DNA of 64,000 nucleotides from Lama glama (Eukaryota), in assembly GCA_028534125.1 (NCBI GenBank), contig CM052817.1:1428001-1492000 (forward strand), written 5' to 3'. Under the pieces are notes generated by a model. It saw only the letters and a list, made by a program, of their open reading frames with translations, made no database searches and had not been told where the DNA came from. Made by a program: the position numbers and the translations under genes. Position 1 is the stretch's first letter. Each line of letters starts with the position of its first letter. Of this stretch, positions 50,040 to 63,532 are shown piece after piece.

Positions 50040-52134
50040 GTAAGTTGGCCGCGGCCTCCGGGCAGAGGCCTGTGTGTTGCTCTCGGCCCGCCACACCCGC
50101 TCCTCCTCCACGGCGCACAGGCCAGCAGAAGGGAGCCTGAGCCTCTCCTCTCCTCCCTCTGACTTTGCTTCTGGAGGAGAGTGTTGAAGGGAGTGCTCTC
50201 TGGTGACACGTCGTGCAGATACCGTTTGGGGACCTTGAGGCCTAGGGAGCGAGGCATGGGGACAGTGCAAGGTGAGGACAGTTCACTACTAGGGAGAAGG
50301 AGGAGGAACGACTTGTATCCCAAGCTGTTGACTTGCTGTTCCTGGAGAAAGAGGCTTGCATCTGGTAAGGAGCATGGGGAGCGCCTGTAACCCCCGCCCC
50401 CGGGCTTTTAGTGATGGATTCACTCAGCAGCCCCACACCGGATTGAGGACAGGTTTATAGAGTCAAGTAAGATGCCCCACCCACCAGGCGTCTCACCGTC
50501 CTAACGAAGGAGACAGACCGGTGTTCTCACTGGGTCTCTGGTGACCTCAGAAAAAAAGTGCCTTCAGATGGGTAGAAGCGGCGTGTGTAGTGGAAATGCA
50601 GTTCCTGGAAACCAGGGGAGCTGGGGACCGTTCTAGACAGCCCCCGTGCACCTGCCAAATGGAAGGAGGAACATTTGTGCCTTCTTGATTCACTAATCGT
50701 CTGAAGCTTTTCATCATCACTTAAATTTTATTGAATGAGACTTCACTGGACTGGTTTTGGGTGCTTTCTTAGTGGTAAAACCTACATTTTGAAACACTAA
50801 CCAGTGGTTCTGAAGATTTTAAGCATAACGGTCTTTTTGTGATTCTAAAGTTGACAGACCTTGCTAGAAAATTAACCAATTTTGCAAGTAATTTCAGGGG
50901 GTCCACGGCCCCCGTCAAGCATCGCTTCGGCAGAGCACTGCCTTCCCGCAGGCGACTCCCTAAAGCCTTGAGGAGAGCGTCGTCGTGAGAAGGGGGGGGC
51001 GTGCAGGTGGAGGGTGGGGGCCTCTGCGCAGGCGGTCCTTGCCTTTCCGGCCTCGCTCCCTCCTCTGGGGCCCCTTGTACACTCCCTCTCCCTGCTCTGC
51101 TTGTTGAACGTCTGCTGTTTCTCGGAAGTCCAAATCCAGGGCCACCTCCTCTGTGACAGCGCCTCCCTGTCTCCCTCCGGCTTGAGCCTGTGCACAGAGC
51201 AGTGACGAGAGCTGCTGTTGTGCTGCGGGACGGAGCCCGAGTCCAGGCCCTGGGCCAGCTCGAGTGGCCTAGTGCCTTCCTGAGCTCACAGAAGTGCATT
51301 TGAACCGCGCTTCTTGGAGCAAGTGACCAGCAATTCACGTAGAAATGTTTTCTTGTGGTTTGGAAAAAAAAGGTCATAAACTCTAAGCACAAAATACAGC
51401 TGTTTTGATCAGTGATTTATTTCACCTTCTTTGCTCAGAGAGATATACTCACTTTGGTTTCCAGTGGTCCACCAGACCAGATACCCTGAGCTCTTCCTTC
51501 CTCCAAGGGAAACCACCGAAATACTGGGTAGCTTAAGCCAAACAAGATAAAATCTTTTAAAACACATTGCTGACATGACAGGAGAGGCAGGGAGCCTGGG
51601 AGTGAAAAGCAGATTCAAAGCTGGAATCCTGAGAAGTTCAGGTACTCGGCAGCCAGCATTCCAAAGATGCTTCTAGTCCTGGGAGTTAGGAGGCCCAGGC
51701 TGAGCCCAGCATGTAACGCTGGGACTGCAGCCTCTGCGAGGGTGAAGGAGAGGCCCGCCCACTGGAGGGACAGCCAGGGCCTGGGCCCACTGTGACCTCG
51801 AGTAGGGAGGGGAGCTCTCTGTGTGCTGTGAAGTCTCCCGGGCCTAGAAGTTACTCTGCAGTGACAAGGATGGCCAGTCCATCAGGCCACGTGCAGGTCA
51901 CCTCTACCAGCAGTACTGTCACGACACCCACAGAAACATGGTGATTTCTGTGGACCAGCATCCAGTCCATATAAAAATTTCCCAGTTATCTCAAAAATCT
52001 CTGTGTGGTTGGGGTGTTCAAATCAGATTCAACAGTGTTCACAAGTTTACCACATCGTCCTTCCAGACCTCCCCAGTGGTCAGTGCAGTGTAAGAACTGA
52101 CAGAGCTGAGATTAGCTTCGAAGTCTGTGTCTCA

Positions 52135-53100
52135 GAGACTCGGCATTTTTGGACCTGGGCGCATTTAAATTTAAAAAGTGAGAGCCCCAAATAGCTTTTT
52201 TTAATCTATCAATATTTTTTATGGTGAAATTAAATGGAGAAATTTAAATATATTTATTAAATTGCTTTGAAATTAACAGCCCATTACATAACATAGATAG
52301 CATACTTTAAAATAAAAACGTTTTCCAAAACATTTAATAAGGAGAGGGAAATGTTTTACATGTTTGCAAATCTCTGTCGTGTCTGGCTCGGTAGAGGACA
52401 CATGGACTCTCATATCTGCTTCTGCAGTCAGTCATAGGTTGTTTTGGTTGAAGTTTTTGAAGAAAATTGGGCCTCACACAGAAATGTATTTGGAAAAGGG
52501 AGGAACATTTTAATAGACTTTTCAGATCGCTGTGGATGTTCTTTTTTGAGAGTCCACCAGAGCCCAGGTGTGGCCTCTTTTTTTTTTTTTTCCCTCAGTT
52601 TTAGGGGAAAATAATTAGGTGTATTTATTTATTTTTAATGGAGGCACTGGGGATTGAACCCAGGACCTAGTACATACTAGGCATGTGCTCTGCCACTGAG
52701 CTGTGCCCTGCCCCCAGGTGCTTCTTAACAGTTGCAGTGTAGAATCTGAAACCGTGTCGCTGAGCTGTGCGGACCCTGTTCCATCACAGTCCATGGATGT
52801 AGCTCCTAGAGGGTCTGCACACACATGGTTCTGTAACATCAGTCATCGGTCGTTTGGGAAATCCTGCGTCTTCCTGACGATACGCAGTGTCATGTCTGGC
52901 AACATGATGTTCACTGTAAACACTGACCTTTGCCACCACCCTGGTCCTCATCAGAAGGGTCTTTAACGTGGAGAAACTTCAAGGCCAGTGACAGGTGCGG
53001 GTTTTCCGAAGTTCTCCTTTTCACGTGAAAGCTCAGATTTTATGATTGGCCAAAGGTAGGGTCGGTTGTTTTCCTTGAAGCAGCAAGTCCACTTGCTGAG
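52135..53100. mobile_element. Charlie1-like hAT DNA transposon remnant
   Basis: gttttacatgtttgcaaatctct...ctcatatctgcttctgca...ggttgaagt..gaagaaaa...ttggaaaagggagg..cttttcagat motifs typical of Charlie1. Confidence 0.7.
52578..52713 (-). mobile_element. tRNA-derived camelid-type SINE nested in Charlie1
   Basis: ggggattgaacccagg...ccactgagctgtgccc, poly-T at 52578-52591, flanking cccaggtg duplication. Confidence 0.88.
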
Positions 53101-55479
53101 CAAACCCTGCCGGCTAAGTCTCTGCGAGGTCGCTTAGTTTCTCTGGGCACGACACCTCTCCTGACTCTGCAGAGCGTGGGACACGTCTGGGCTTAGAAGG
53201 GCGTCTTCAGAAGCGGGGAGATGCCTCCCTAGGCTGCTGATCATGGCGTTTGAATCTCCTTCCGCAAGGACAGGAGAGCCTTAGGTACCCTGCTGTTCCT
53301 CGGGGTCTGCTGTAGGAGTCGATTCTGCTAAACACCTTCTCTTCCCTCTTCCAAACCCCCACAGCCTCTGCGGGGAAGGTGGGGAGAGTTTAGTGGTTTG
53401 GATGGAAAGCCTGGCCCTGTGGTCCGTGAGCCTTTCCTCCTGCCTCCAGCTGGGGCGGCACAGACTCCGCCATCCCCACACAGGCTCCCCTGTCTTAGCG
53501 GCCGCGGCAGCGCCCCTCTTGCAGACCCGGGCTCCCCGAACCCTGGGCAGGCTGCTCAGCCTGTGCATGGGCACGCAGCACCGAGTTCAGGGTCATGCTG
53601 GGCGCGGGGGGCGCCACACGTGGGAAGCACTAAGAACAGCGTGTGGCCAGCAGGGGGTGCTCCTCACTGCAGGTGTTGTCCCAGCTTGCTTTTGGGTTGG
53701 AAAACCAATATTGGGGTCTGCTTTTCTCCTTGCATGCCTCATCTGGAGGCATGATTTCAGATTTCATAAAAATTCCTGAACATCTTCATCAGTCAGTCTT
53801 CATGTGTAGTTAATGTGAACCCCAAAACCCAGAGCCGTAGCCCTATCCCTGCAAGTGCTGTGACGCAGCGCTCAGGGTTGCTCACAGGCTGGCAGGCAGG
53901 GACTGCCGACTTGGCCCCACGACTCACGGGGACGACCCGGTGAGGCCTCGGCCCCCCTCTCTCCTCTGGTCCAGGGCCGAGTCTGGCTGCTGCCTTAGCT
54001 CCTGCCCATTCTTTGTCATGGACACAAGTCATAAATTGGACCGCCGTCTACTGCTCGTCCCCCAGGGACTCCCGGCAGGCAGGGACCTGCTGCTGTAGTT
54101 CCTGTGTCCTCGTGCCCGGCACAGTGCCAGGCAGACAGAGTGGTCTCCGCTCAAGGCTGTCGTGTCCTTTACACGCTTTGTCTGTGGCCGTGTCATTATT
54201 ACAGCATGTTCTGAAGTACTATGCTGGTAATAGGACGGCCTCATCCAGGCCTCAGGCCCAGTTTATTGGTTCCCGGGCCCTGGGCTTCTGCCAGTGCTGA
54301 GCAGTGGCTCCAAGAGATGCTGCGTTTGAAACGGGAGTGGTGAAAGTCAGATCTGGGAGGCACTGGTGTTCTTCTGGTAAAACTGCAAGCACTGACAGAA
54401 CTGAGGGTTTGAGGTTCTCTGCGGGTGTCGTAAGTTTCTGGCTGAATCTGTCTTTATGGTTCGTGAGTGTAGACGGGGACTGTAACTAGGGGAGCCGGCA
54501 TGCGCTCAGCAGCACCCACAGGTGTTTGTGTTCAGGAGTGGGAGGTGGTCACTGAACTTACGCTCTCAGCCCCTGTGTCTGCCGGTCGTCAGGTGACAGA
54601 CAGTGGCGTCTGCACGGGTAAGTCGTTTCCTGACCTCTCCCAGTGCCCTCGTTCCGGCTCAGCTGGGTCAAGTTGTGAACAGGCGCAGGCCCTGAGCGTG
54701 GGGGCTGTGCACGGTGCGGCGCGGAGCCAGGAGCACTGCGCACGCCGGTCATCCAGGTGGGGAGGGTCCACCCCGGACGCGCGGGGACTCAGCCCGGATA
54801 ATGTGTGAGTAGCTTACAGATGGGGAGTGTGGGTCTGCACGAGTGGTTGTGCAAGATCTGTGGAAAGTGAACGCTGCACTTGGAAAAGGTGATTGAGCCT
54901 TCTGCCCTGGTCACCCAGTGTTGAGGGCAAGTGGGCACCTGTCTTGATGTCCTTCTCATGGCTGGGACCCTCCTGAATGTTTAAAAGTTGTTGTCTAAAG
55001 TAACCGATGAGGTTACATTTATCAGGGAAACGGAAGACCTGGCCTTTCACTGAGTGTCACTAGTGGGGAAGTTACTTGTGTCTCTCAGAATGGGAGATTT
55101 CTCAAGACAGGCACGGAAGTGGTTGTCCTTCAGCGTCAAAGGCCGTGTGTGCGTTTACGTTGTTTGGAAGAAGGGCTTTTGATACAGTTTGAAAGCGCGG
55201 CTGTGAGAAATGGCCGTCAGGTTTGTGTGCTGGTTTCTCTCTCTGTCTCCCGCCCGGTGCCTGGCCCCCCTTTCTTTTGTGTTGCAGTTTTGCAAGTGGG
55301 GCTGGCTGGGCCCAGGTCTGCGTGGTCAGGTGCCCACACTGGGGTGCACTTTGGGCCACACAGTAACAGCTCCTCACGAACAGTGTTCTGGGCCTGGAAG
55401 GAGCGGGGCGGGGGGAGGGGCCCTCCTGGGACTTTCTCGGTCTTTAACTAGTGCATCTCCGATTTCCTTACTTAACTAG

Positions 55480-55604
55480 GAAAACGAGCACCTGCAGAAG
55501 TTCCGGGTGACGTGGGAACTGCATAATAAACACCTCTTTGAAGACCTGGTCTTCTCGGAGCCGCTTCTCCAGAGCAGCTTGCCAGCACTGGTGTCGCAGA
55601 TCAG
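55480..55604 (+). CDS. FAM193A: FAM193A coding exon (125 nt, phase 0/2): ENEHLQKFRVTWELHNKHLFEDLVFSEPLLQSSLPALVSQIR
   Basis: Acceptor ttccttacttaactag|, donor AG|gtactc; in frame. Confidence 0.95.
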
Positions 55605-57749
55605 GTACTCACTCGGTCTTTATCTGCGTGTGTCCTGCTGGGTGACAGTGCGGACCTTTGCCCTGGGTGCAGCAGGTGTGTGCCTGAACACCGCTGCAGG
55701 GGCACTCCTCACCAGAAAGTTACCAGCTCAGGGGAAAATATAGTCTGGGTAGAAAGCTCAAAACCCAAAGAGTAACACAATTAAACTTTAAAATAACAAA
55801 CCCACTAGGATCTAACACCACAGATTTCTCATGAATAAGGAAAAGCTGCCGTAGATGGAGCATTTTACCTGACAAGACTCAGGCTGTGCCAGGTGGCCGT
55901 GGTGTGGTCTGTACCGGGGAGATGCGGTGGGGAGGAGGGGAGGGCTCTGGCAGGGGTCCGACGGTGCCTAGGGGCTCCTGGGTGCTGGGGGTAGGGTCAG
56001 ACACGCCGTTGTGCCTCTCGGACGTTCCCTCCCCGTTGTGGCTCATGGCTTGGGCTCTTCTTGCCGGCGTAGAGCATCCATGGGGCTTCCTCAGGTGTGT
56101 CCAGCGAGTGTTCTGGTACATCACTTGGGGTCGTTAGCCCTGGTGATGGGGACGTAGGTTGTGGCTGGGGCCGTGTTCTCCCAGGTGGCTGCAGTTGGCG
56201 GGAGGAGGCTCCCCGGGAGCCCTGGGGTGGTGGCTTGGTTCCCTGTCCGCACACGTGTGAGCGGATTCCCAGCCTGTGGGCGTGTCACGGGAGGACAGAC
56301 TGCAGTCCTCTTTACTTAAATGTGCGTACTGAGACGTAATGGGGCAGACTCACGAAGAAAGGAAATTATTTCTAAGAAAATAAGCGATTGTTACAGTTAA
56401 CTTACACACCACTTTTTTTTTTTTCTCTCGAAACCCATGTATCAACCCAGTCTTTGTTTTCTGTATTCCTAAATCCTCTTTGAGGGGTCCTAACCCGCCC
56501 CACTTCCCAGCCTCACCTCTGGAGAAAGAATAAGGGAAGGAGGATGGGGGTAGAGAGGTCAGAACAAAGCGCTGTGCGGTGTGGCCTGCACTCTGCATGG
56601 CTCCTGACCCTTCCCGCATCCCCTGCATTGCAGGGCTGGTGCTTCACACCCTCTTCCCTTCTGCGTCCACTTCCAGGCGTCTGTCACAGTCCACGGTGGG
56701 TGCACGAAGACCTGAGTGTCCCAACCGTGACCCTCAGAGAAGAAGGAGTCAGGAGAGTATTCGGTCTTGATATTGGAACACAGAGCACTGTTTTGTCCCC
56801 AGTTACGAAGTTCAAATCCACCAGAAGCACTTTTTACAAAAAGACATGCATCTTGTGGGGGGGTCCTTACAGCAAGATCCAGGGTGTACCGCCCTGTTCT
56901 TTCTTTTTCTGATGAGCCAGTGGGTTTGACGGGCTGCTCATCAGACTGGGTGGGTGGGTGGCAGAAACCTGCACTGCAGTGTAAGACTCCATGTTTCTCT
57001 GCCCTGGGTCTGGATTTCTCATTCGCATGTTGCTAATGGTCAGTGTCCAGAGGTGAGCAGCCTTCTGGAGGCTCCGTGTCAATCCTGTGCTCAGGCTGCG
57101 GTACCGCTCTCAGGAGGGTCGGCGGGGGCAGGCAGGAGCTGGGGTGAAGGCGGGCAGAGCGTCCCCAGGAGGCCGGGGCACCAGAAGGACATGGCCCTCC
57201 AAGTGCCCCGCGAGACGCCCTTGTTGGACCCGAGAAGAATTCAGATTTGAGCTTCTCAGTTTACAGATGCCCACTTACCAACTCCTAACAATGCTGTGAC
57301 AAGGCAGACACAGACGCCATGCCCGACAGCGACGACTGCGCCTGTAGTGCGCAGGATCCGTAGCGGGGAGTGTCTCAGCGCTGGCCCTTTGTCTCTGCAC
57401 CTGTGTCTTGTTTCTTACAAACTCGAATCCAGATACAGAGAACTACACCAAGTGAATGTGTAACGGATCAGTGGATTAATGAGCTGGTGGTAGACGGCAT
57501 TCCCTCGCTGCCTCTGGGAGGCAAGTCCGCCTGCGCCCCGCCTCACCCAGAGCCGGCCCGCAGGTGGCCAGCGCGGCAGCGCTGCCCTTCCCTGGCCTTA
57601 CTCTCTGAGTGGTCGTGTGCGTTTCCAAAGTCTTGCCTGGATTTTTTATTTGATGTATCTTAAAGAAAATTTTTAATACGAATGATATACCCAAAGGTTG
57701 ACCTCATTTAAAATAATGGATTTAATTTAGGAAAGTTATTTCTCTTTCT

Positions 57750-58040
57750 GTTTTTTAACAGCTTTATTGAGAGACAGCTCACATGCCGTGCAATCACTAA
57801 TTTAAAGTGTATGATTCAGCGGCTGTTGGTATATTATTATTTTTTTAAGTTGTGGTAAAGTATATATAACATAAAACTTGCCAATTTAATCATTTTAAGT
57901 GTACAAATTCAATAGCATTAATTACAGTCAGAGTGTTGAGCAACCACTGCCAGCATCTATTTTCAAAACTTATTTGTCACCCCCAGACAGAGACTCTGTC
58001 ACCATTAAGCATTGACCTCCACTCCCCACCCCCCCTTCCC
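57750..58040 (-). mobile_element. Two tandem L1MB-type 3' termini
   Basis: ttttaacagctttattgag...ttaaagtgta and ttgtggtaaagtatatataacataaaa...cattttaagtgtaca. Confidence 0.7.
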
Positions 58041-59892
58041 CATGTCTTTCTAGATTCTTTCATCTGCAGCTCCCTCAGCCCCACCCTTTCCCTTACAATT
58101 TACCCGTGAGGGCGCCTGCACCGGCCATCCTGCAGTGATGCCAGGTGTGGTCCTGCAGCGACACCCTCGCAGCGCCGCGCGGGCTGCGGTCTGTGCTGCC
58201 TGAGAGTTAGTGGTGGACCCAGAAGCCCCTCTGGACTCTGCTCCCATCCCTGCGGCAAGACCAGGAGCCCGTTTGTCTCCTTATTCATTGTGGTGGCTTT
58301 AGTAGTTGCTGTGCAATTTGGTCTGTATTTTAAATATATGTTCATTGCTAAGGGAATCTTAATTGGGCTTGTGAATAAATTTACACAGCGCAAACTGACT
58401 TTATTTCATTTTCCTTATCACTTGCACGCTATTTATAATAGACGCTACTCCCCATTATATGCTGCTGTTTGCAGAGTGAGTGTTGAGATAGAAACTTGTT
58501 TGCTGGCCCGCTGATGCCATTTGACCCCAAGGACATTTTCTGGTAGCTCCCTGCTTCCCCTCTGGATTCCACCAGCTTCTCTTGCACGTGGGCCCTGTTC
58601 CTGCGGGTTGTGCTCTGAATCCCCTGGCAGAGAAGCCCCAGGCCCCCCGACCGCTTGCTGTCCTTGGGCTCTGAATAGGCTCTGCAGCGTGGCGTGGGGA
58701 GGGGCCAGGCTGACGCCGGCGCCCCTTAGCACCGGTTTTGCAGGAGGTCCAGGAGGCATGGTGGCGTCATGTGGAAGGTGGTTTTGCATGAAGAGTGGAA
58801 ATCAGCCTGCGACGAGCCGGGTTGCAGAAGCAGGGCGTGGGGAGAAAGCCGCTGCCGCGGGGGCTCCTGTGCAGCGAGACACAGGACCGCGCGCTCAGAC
58901 CTGGGGCGCCCCCTGCTGTGCGGAGCCCGGAGGAGCCTCCCGGAGGCCCTGGATTCTCTGTCTTGAAGAGTTTTGTTTCCTGGGGGCCGAAACAGCTTTA
59001 GGAGAGCCATCTTGGTGTTTGAACGAGCCCCCCTCACCCTGTGGGTTGCTGTCAGTCCCTTTCTGGTTCTGGGCTTCCCCGCACACCTTCTCAGTGACAC
59101 TGACATCTGCGGGCCCCTCTTTGAAGGGAATCTCACAGGTGGACGCGGTGTAGACAGCTTCAGCAGGCACAACTCTGCTGCGTGATGTGCGTCTTTACGC
59201 GGTGGTCACGGGTGGAGGGGGAGCTGTCTACACCCACTGGGAGGTTCTTATTTTAAAATCACTGAGTTGTTTATCTTTATTATCAAGTTATTCGATTGTT
59301 ATTGCAATAAAATTCTGAAAACAAAAGAAATCATGAAAAGAGGTAGGTACTATGAACAGTTTGGTGGTACTTTTAGATTTTTTCCATTGTCCACGCATCC
59401 CTGCCTGCCCCGACACACACATTTTTTAAACTTGGTGACACTGTCTCATCCTAACAACTCACCACAGTGCATTTCCACTTCAGAGTGTGTGTAAGTGCAT
59501 ACGTGTGTCCAAGTGTGAATGAGTAGGTGTGATTTAAAGTCTGTCTGGCGTGGTGTCCCCAGTTCCTGGGGCGTGGCTTCCAGTTCTGCATAAACAGCAC
59601 TGGTTATTAACCCTGCACGTCTCTGTGCTCTTGAGTGACGATACGTGTGGTAAGGATGTTATGAGGTCTTTACTGTCATTATTTTGGTTCACATGTTGAC
59701 ATATATTGGGAAACTGGTTAAATCATGGGAAACTGAACGGTTTCTGAAGATAAGCTGCCTGTGAGCCCGCCCTCCCCTGCTCTCCGCTTCGTCTCGCACG
59801 CCTCCCTCTTCTCCAGAACCCGGGGTGTTCCCCTGTATGTGCGTCTTTTGTTTTCTGTTTGTTTTTTCATTTGGCATCTTTCCGTCTTTCTT

Positions 59893-59902
59893 TTTTGTTT
59901 GT

Positions 59903-59933
<31 letters not shown>

Positions 59934-60095
59934 TTTTTTACATTTTTTATTGATTCATAATCATTTTACAGTGTTGTGTTTTTTTTTTTTTAAGTGATGA
60001 GGTTTTTATTTACTCTGATGGAAGTACTGGGGATTGAACCCAGGACCTTGTGCATGCTAGGCAGGCACTCTACCACTGAGCTACACCCTCCCCCC
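59893..60095 (-). mobile_element. Camelid-type SINE plus a short L1-like 3' terminus and (TAAA)n tail within one TSD pair
   Basis: TSD tccgtctttctt at 59881-59892 and 60096-60107; SINE about 59980-60095; extra segment about 59936-59978. Confidence 0.85.
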
Positions 60096-60526
60096 TCCGT
60101 CTTTCTTAAGATAAATAGTATAGCGTAAGTAAAACTGTATTTTTTTAATTGAATTGAATTTCCTGTTTTACTTAATTTGAAGACCAGGTCCAAATTTCAT
60201 GTTTCTCATTGAACGCTTTCTCTGGATCAGTATACCTCAGGAAAGGAAGCAGGTCACAGCCCCGCAGGGAGTGGCTGAATCTCCAGACCCTAGTCTTTTG
60301 AGGACAGTGTTGTGCTCCCCTCGCTGTGTTTCTGAGGAGCTGTCACTTGTTTGGGCTGCTTCTTTAGGCCAGACGCTGTCCCGGTGCCCAACGTGTGTAC
60401 CCCTCCTCCCTCCCAGCAGCCCGTCACCGTGGGGGGGGAGGTGGCAGGCGGAAGCACACCTCTGGTCTCTGGCCCCTGGCCCAGAGCCTCGGGCCCCTCC
60501 CTGTGTTGACCGGCCTCTCTCCCCAG

Positions 60527-60674
60527 GCTGGGAACCACGACCCACGACACCTGCAGCGAGGACGCGTACAGCACCTTGCTGCAGCGCTACCAGCACTCTG
60601 AGGAGGAGCTGCGCGGCGTGGCCGAGGAGTGGCTGGAGTGCCAGAAGAGGATCGACGCCTACGTGGACGAGCAG
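60527..60674 (+). CDS. FAM193A: FAM193A coding exon (148 nt, phase 2/0): LGTTTHDTCSEDAYSTLLQRYQHSEEELRGVAEEWLECQKRIDAYVDEQ
   Basis: Acceptor cctctctccccag|, donor CAG|gtgggt; in frame. The gene continues beyond the window. Confidence 0.96.
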
Positions 60675-63532
60675 GTGGGTGCGTGCCGTGGGGGTGTGCA
60701 TGGGGTCTCCGCGCTGCTGCTCTCATTCCATACTGCCCCAGGCACGGCCGCTGTCCCTTGTACAGGCTGCCTCCAGGCTCAGTGCTGCCTGCAGGGGCTT
60801 CTGGGGCCTTGGGGAGCTGCTGCACCTTGGCATTTCAGGAATCATTTACTGAACACTCTGCCATCAGAGCCTGGGACACACGGCACGTGTGGCCTTCAGA
60901 GCCCATTCTCCATCTGTCCCAACGTCTCAGACACGCACAGATGGCTGTGTCTGCTGGCTGTTTCCAGGGATGGAGAGAGTGGAGAAGGCAGGCGCCCCTG
61001 TTGGAGACAGGGCCTGAGGGCAGTGTAGCTGGGCAGCCAGAACTTCGGGGGGCACAGAACAGGGCTTCCAGATGGCACCCCACTGCCTGCCCGGGCCTGC
61101 CCATCTTTCTGAAACCACTGGGAGGGTCGGGCAGGGGAGACAGTCAGAGTGGGCCTTTTTTAAGATAGAGGGTATGAGGAATAATAAGGAAATGGTGACC
61201 GAGCTCCGTATTATACTTTTGAGACTACAGGCAAACAGGACCCTGGTTCTGGCTTAAGATGTGTGCTGGTCCACTGGGATCAGTGGTGCCACTTGACAGC
61301 AGGCTGCGGCCCCTCTGTCTCACTGTCACCATATGAGTCTGGTGTGAGGCTGGGCAGTAGGAAGGTTCGGGTGTGTTCTCAGTGCTTCCCGGGACCCTGT
61401 CTCATTCCAAGTGGCTACAGCAGTCCTCTCTCTGCAGCTCCAGGGACCAGAACTATAGGTGGTCTGTTAACTTGGGAGAATTTTTCTTACCATAGTCTCG
61501 GCATGATACCGGCTTTAACCTCTCTTGTCAGGGGCAGGGGGGCAGGGGGGCAGATTCCAGCTTGGTAATGGTACGGAGTTCAGCACTACTGGGCTCGTCC
61601 CAGGCAGGTGGTCCCCAGACACACAGATCCGCTTGTGCCGTGCGCTCGGCCTCCCCCACGGTCCGTGCGTGGGCCCCGTGTGGCCACCCTGTTCCTGTGA
61701 CATGCTCCCCTCTATCCTGCGGCCTGAGGAGGGGCAGGCGTGGAGAGCACTGGCTGTTCTGCTTCCTTAGGGATGAGTGTGTAGTGTGTCCATCCGTGTG
61801 TCTGTCTGTTTCACAACCAGAGGCTTGTTCCCCATCTGTGGCTTGTCACTAACACCTCAGCTTAGGCCTCTGTGGGAGCAGGGCTGCTCCACGTTCTCCA
61901 CTGGTGGCAGCGTAGCAAACACTGGAGTGGGGCCAGGTTGCTTGTGCAGCCTCCACGTGGACCTGCAGCCGCTTGACCCCACGAGGCCTTGTGCATCCGG
62001 GCAGCTAGCAGCAGAGCCACTCAGAAGCAAAGGAGCAGAACGCCGCCCTCCCCTCTGCTACCTGCACACATGACAGCCCATTTTTAGCAGTTTGCTGTTC
62101 AGGTGGGAGAGGAAGTAGGAGCCAGGAGGGGAGAGTGGTGCACGGGGACCAGCTGCAGCGCCTTCTCCGGTACTGGGTGTGAGATCTCGAAGCCAAACCG
62201 CATCACCAGTGTGTAAAACGCCCTTGGGGTGTGCTGCTCAGGTCCCGTGGAGGACCCTGAATGGCGTTTGACCCTGGGCTCTGCCCCAGATTCATTGTGA
62301 ACCTCAGCCAAGCCTTTCCCCCTGTCCTGGACCTTAGTCCCCCACTTATGAAATGACAGAATCAGATTAGATGATGTTTTACTTTTATTTGAGCCTTTTG
62401 TATTTTATAATTCTAATACAGTTTTTTCATGTGTTGTTACTAAAAAGCAGAAGAACTACAGTAAATACTCCTTGTGTTGTGAATTGGGCTGTACTGAGCT
62501 AGTTAATGGGTCCCCTATAGAGACAATCCCTTGGCAGTGAAGTGTGGTTAATTGAGGATACAGAGGTAAAGGGAGAGGTGGAGAGCTCTGATTGCCTGGG
62601 ATGTCAGGTCATCGGTTCTCTGTGAAGGAGGGACCCTCAGAAAAAAGTAGAAGACTAGACACCAGCCTCTCTCCCTGGCTAACTCTTGTCACCGGGGCCC
62701 AAGCTGATGGTAGAAGAAACCCGATGAGGCATTCTTGCTTCAAAAGGACAAGGAATGTGCGATGCCTTCTCAGGAAGAGAGGCGTGAGAGCCCGCACTGG
62801 CCTGGCGACGAGGCTGGGAGGGCCGCAGGAGCACTGCTACTCCTGAGTCCAGGGCAGGGCCGTTGCGGAGGGCAGGGGGTCTGAGGCTGCTTCGTGGGAA
62901 CCTTTGTGCAGCCTGGAGGCTTGTCTGAAGGCAGCCTCCCTCCCTCCCTGCACCCGGCGATTCCTCCTGCAGGGCTTGGTGCGCCAGCTGGGGAGGACTC
63001 TGGCTCATCCCTGACTTTCCGTCGTGTTTTGTCAGTGTAAGCTTCTGGTGGTGTGAAGGATGTGTGGTCTTCTTCGGATGATTTCAGAACGGTGTTGTAA
63101 CTAAAATGTTAGTTCGGGTGAGGAGAAGAGAAGGTAAACGATCATGCCCTGAACGCTGTGCTGAGCGCTGCGCTGAGAAATGTAGAGCCTGTAACCTCGT
63201 TGCTGCTCACAGTCTCTCTAAGAAATAATGGTGTTACCTGCGTTTACAGATGAGAAGAGACACTGGAGTATGTATTGGCTGCCCCCAGGCCCCTCAGTCA
63301 GGGAGGCTGGCCAGGATTTGTACCGGGGGTATCCATGTCCTGCCTTCCTGGGGACCCTGTGTGGTCTTTCTTACTTTACATCATAGGCATGATAGATGTG
63401 AATGCAATGCTAGGTTCAGAAATGCCTCCTTCATTTCTCTGACTGAGCTATGACTCAGGATGTAAAGGCCTCAGGACAAGTCCTCAGCAGAGGGTGAGAC
63501 TGAGACTTCGCTCAGACCAGGACCCCCTGTGT

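Noticed and set aside
50769..59172. Long ORFs in GC-rich introns (e.g. 50769-51392, 58521-59153)
   Set aside because: Stop-codon scarcity in GC-rich DNA gives overlapping ORFs on both strands with no homology I can recognise.
60199..60852. 217-aa ORF and antisense ORFs overlapping the last FAM193A exon
   Set aside because: Shadow frames caused by the very high GC3 of the real exon and its GC-rich flanks.
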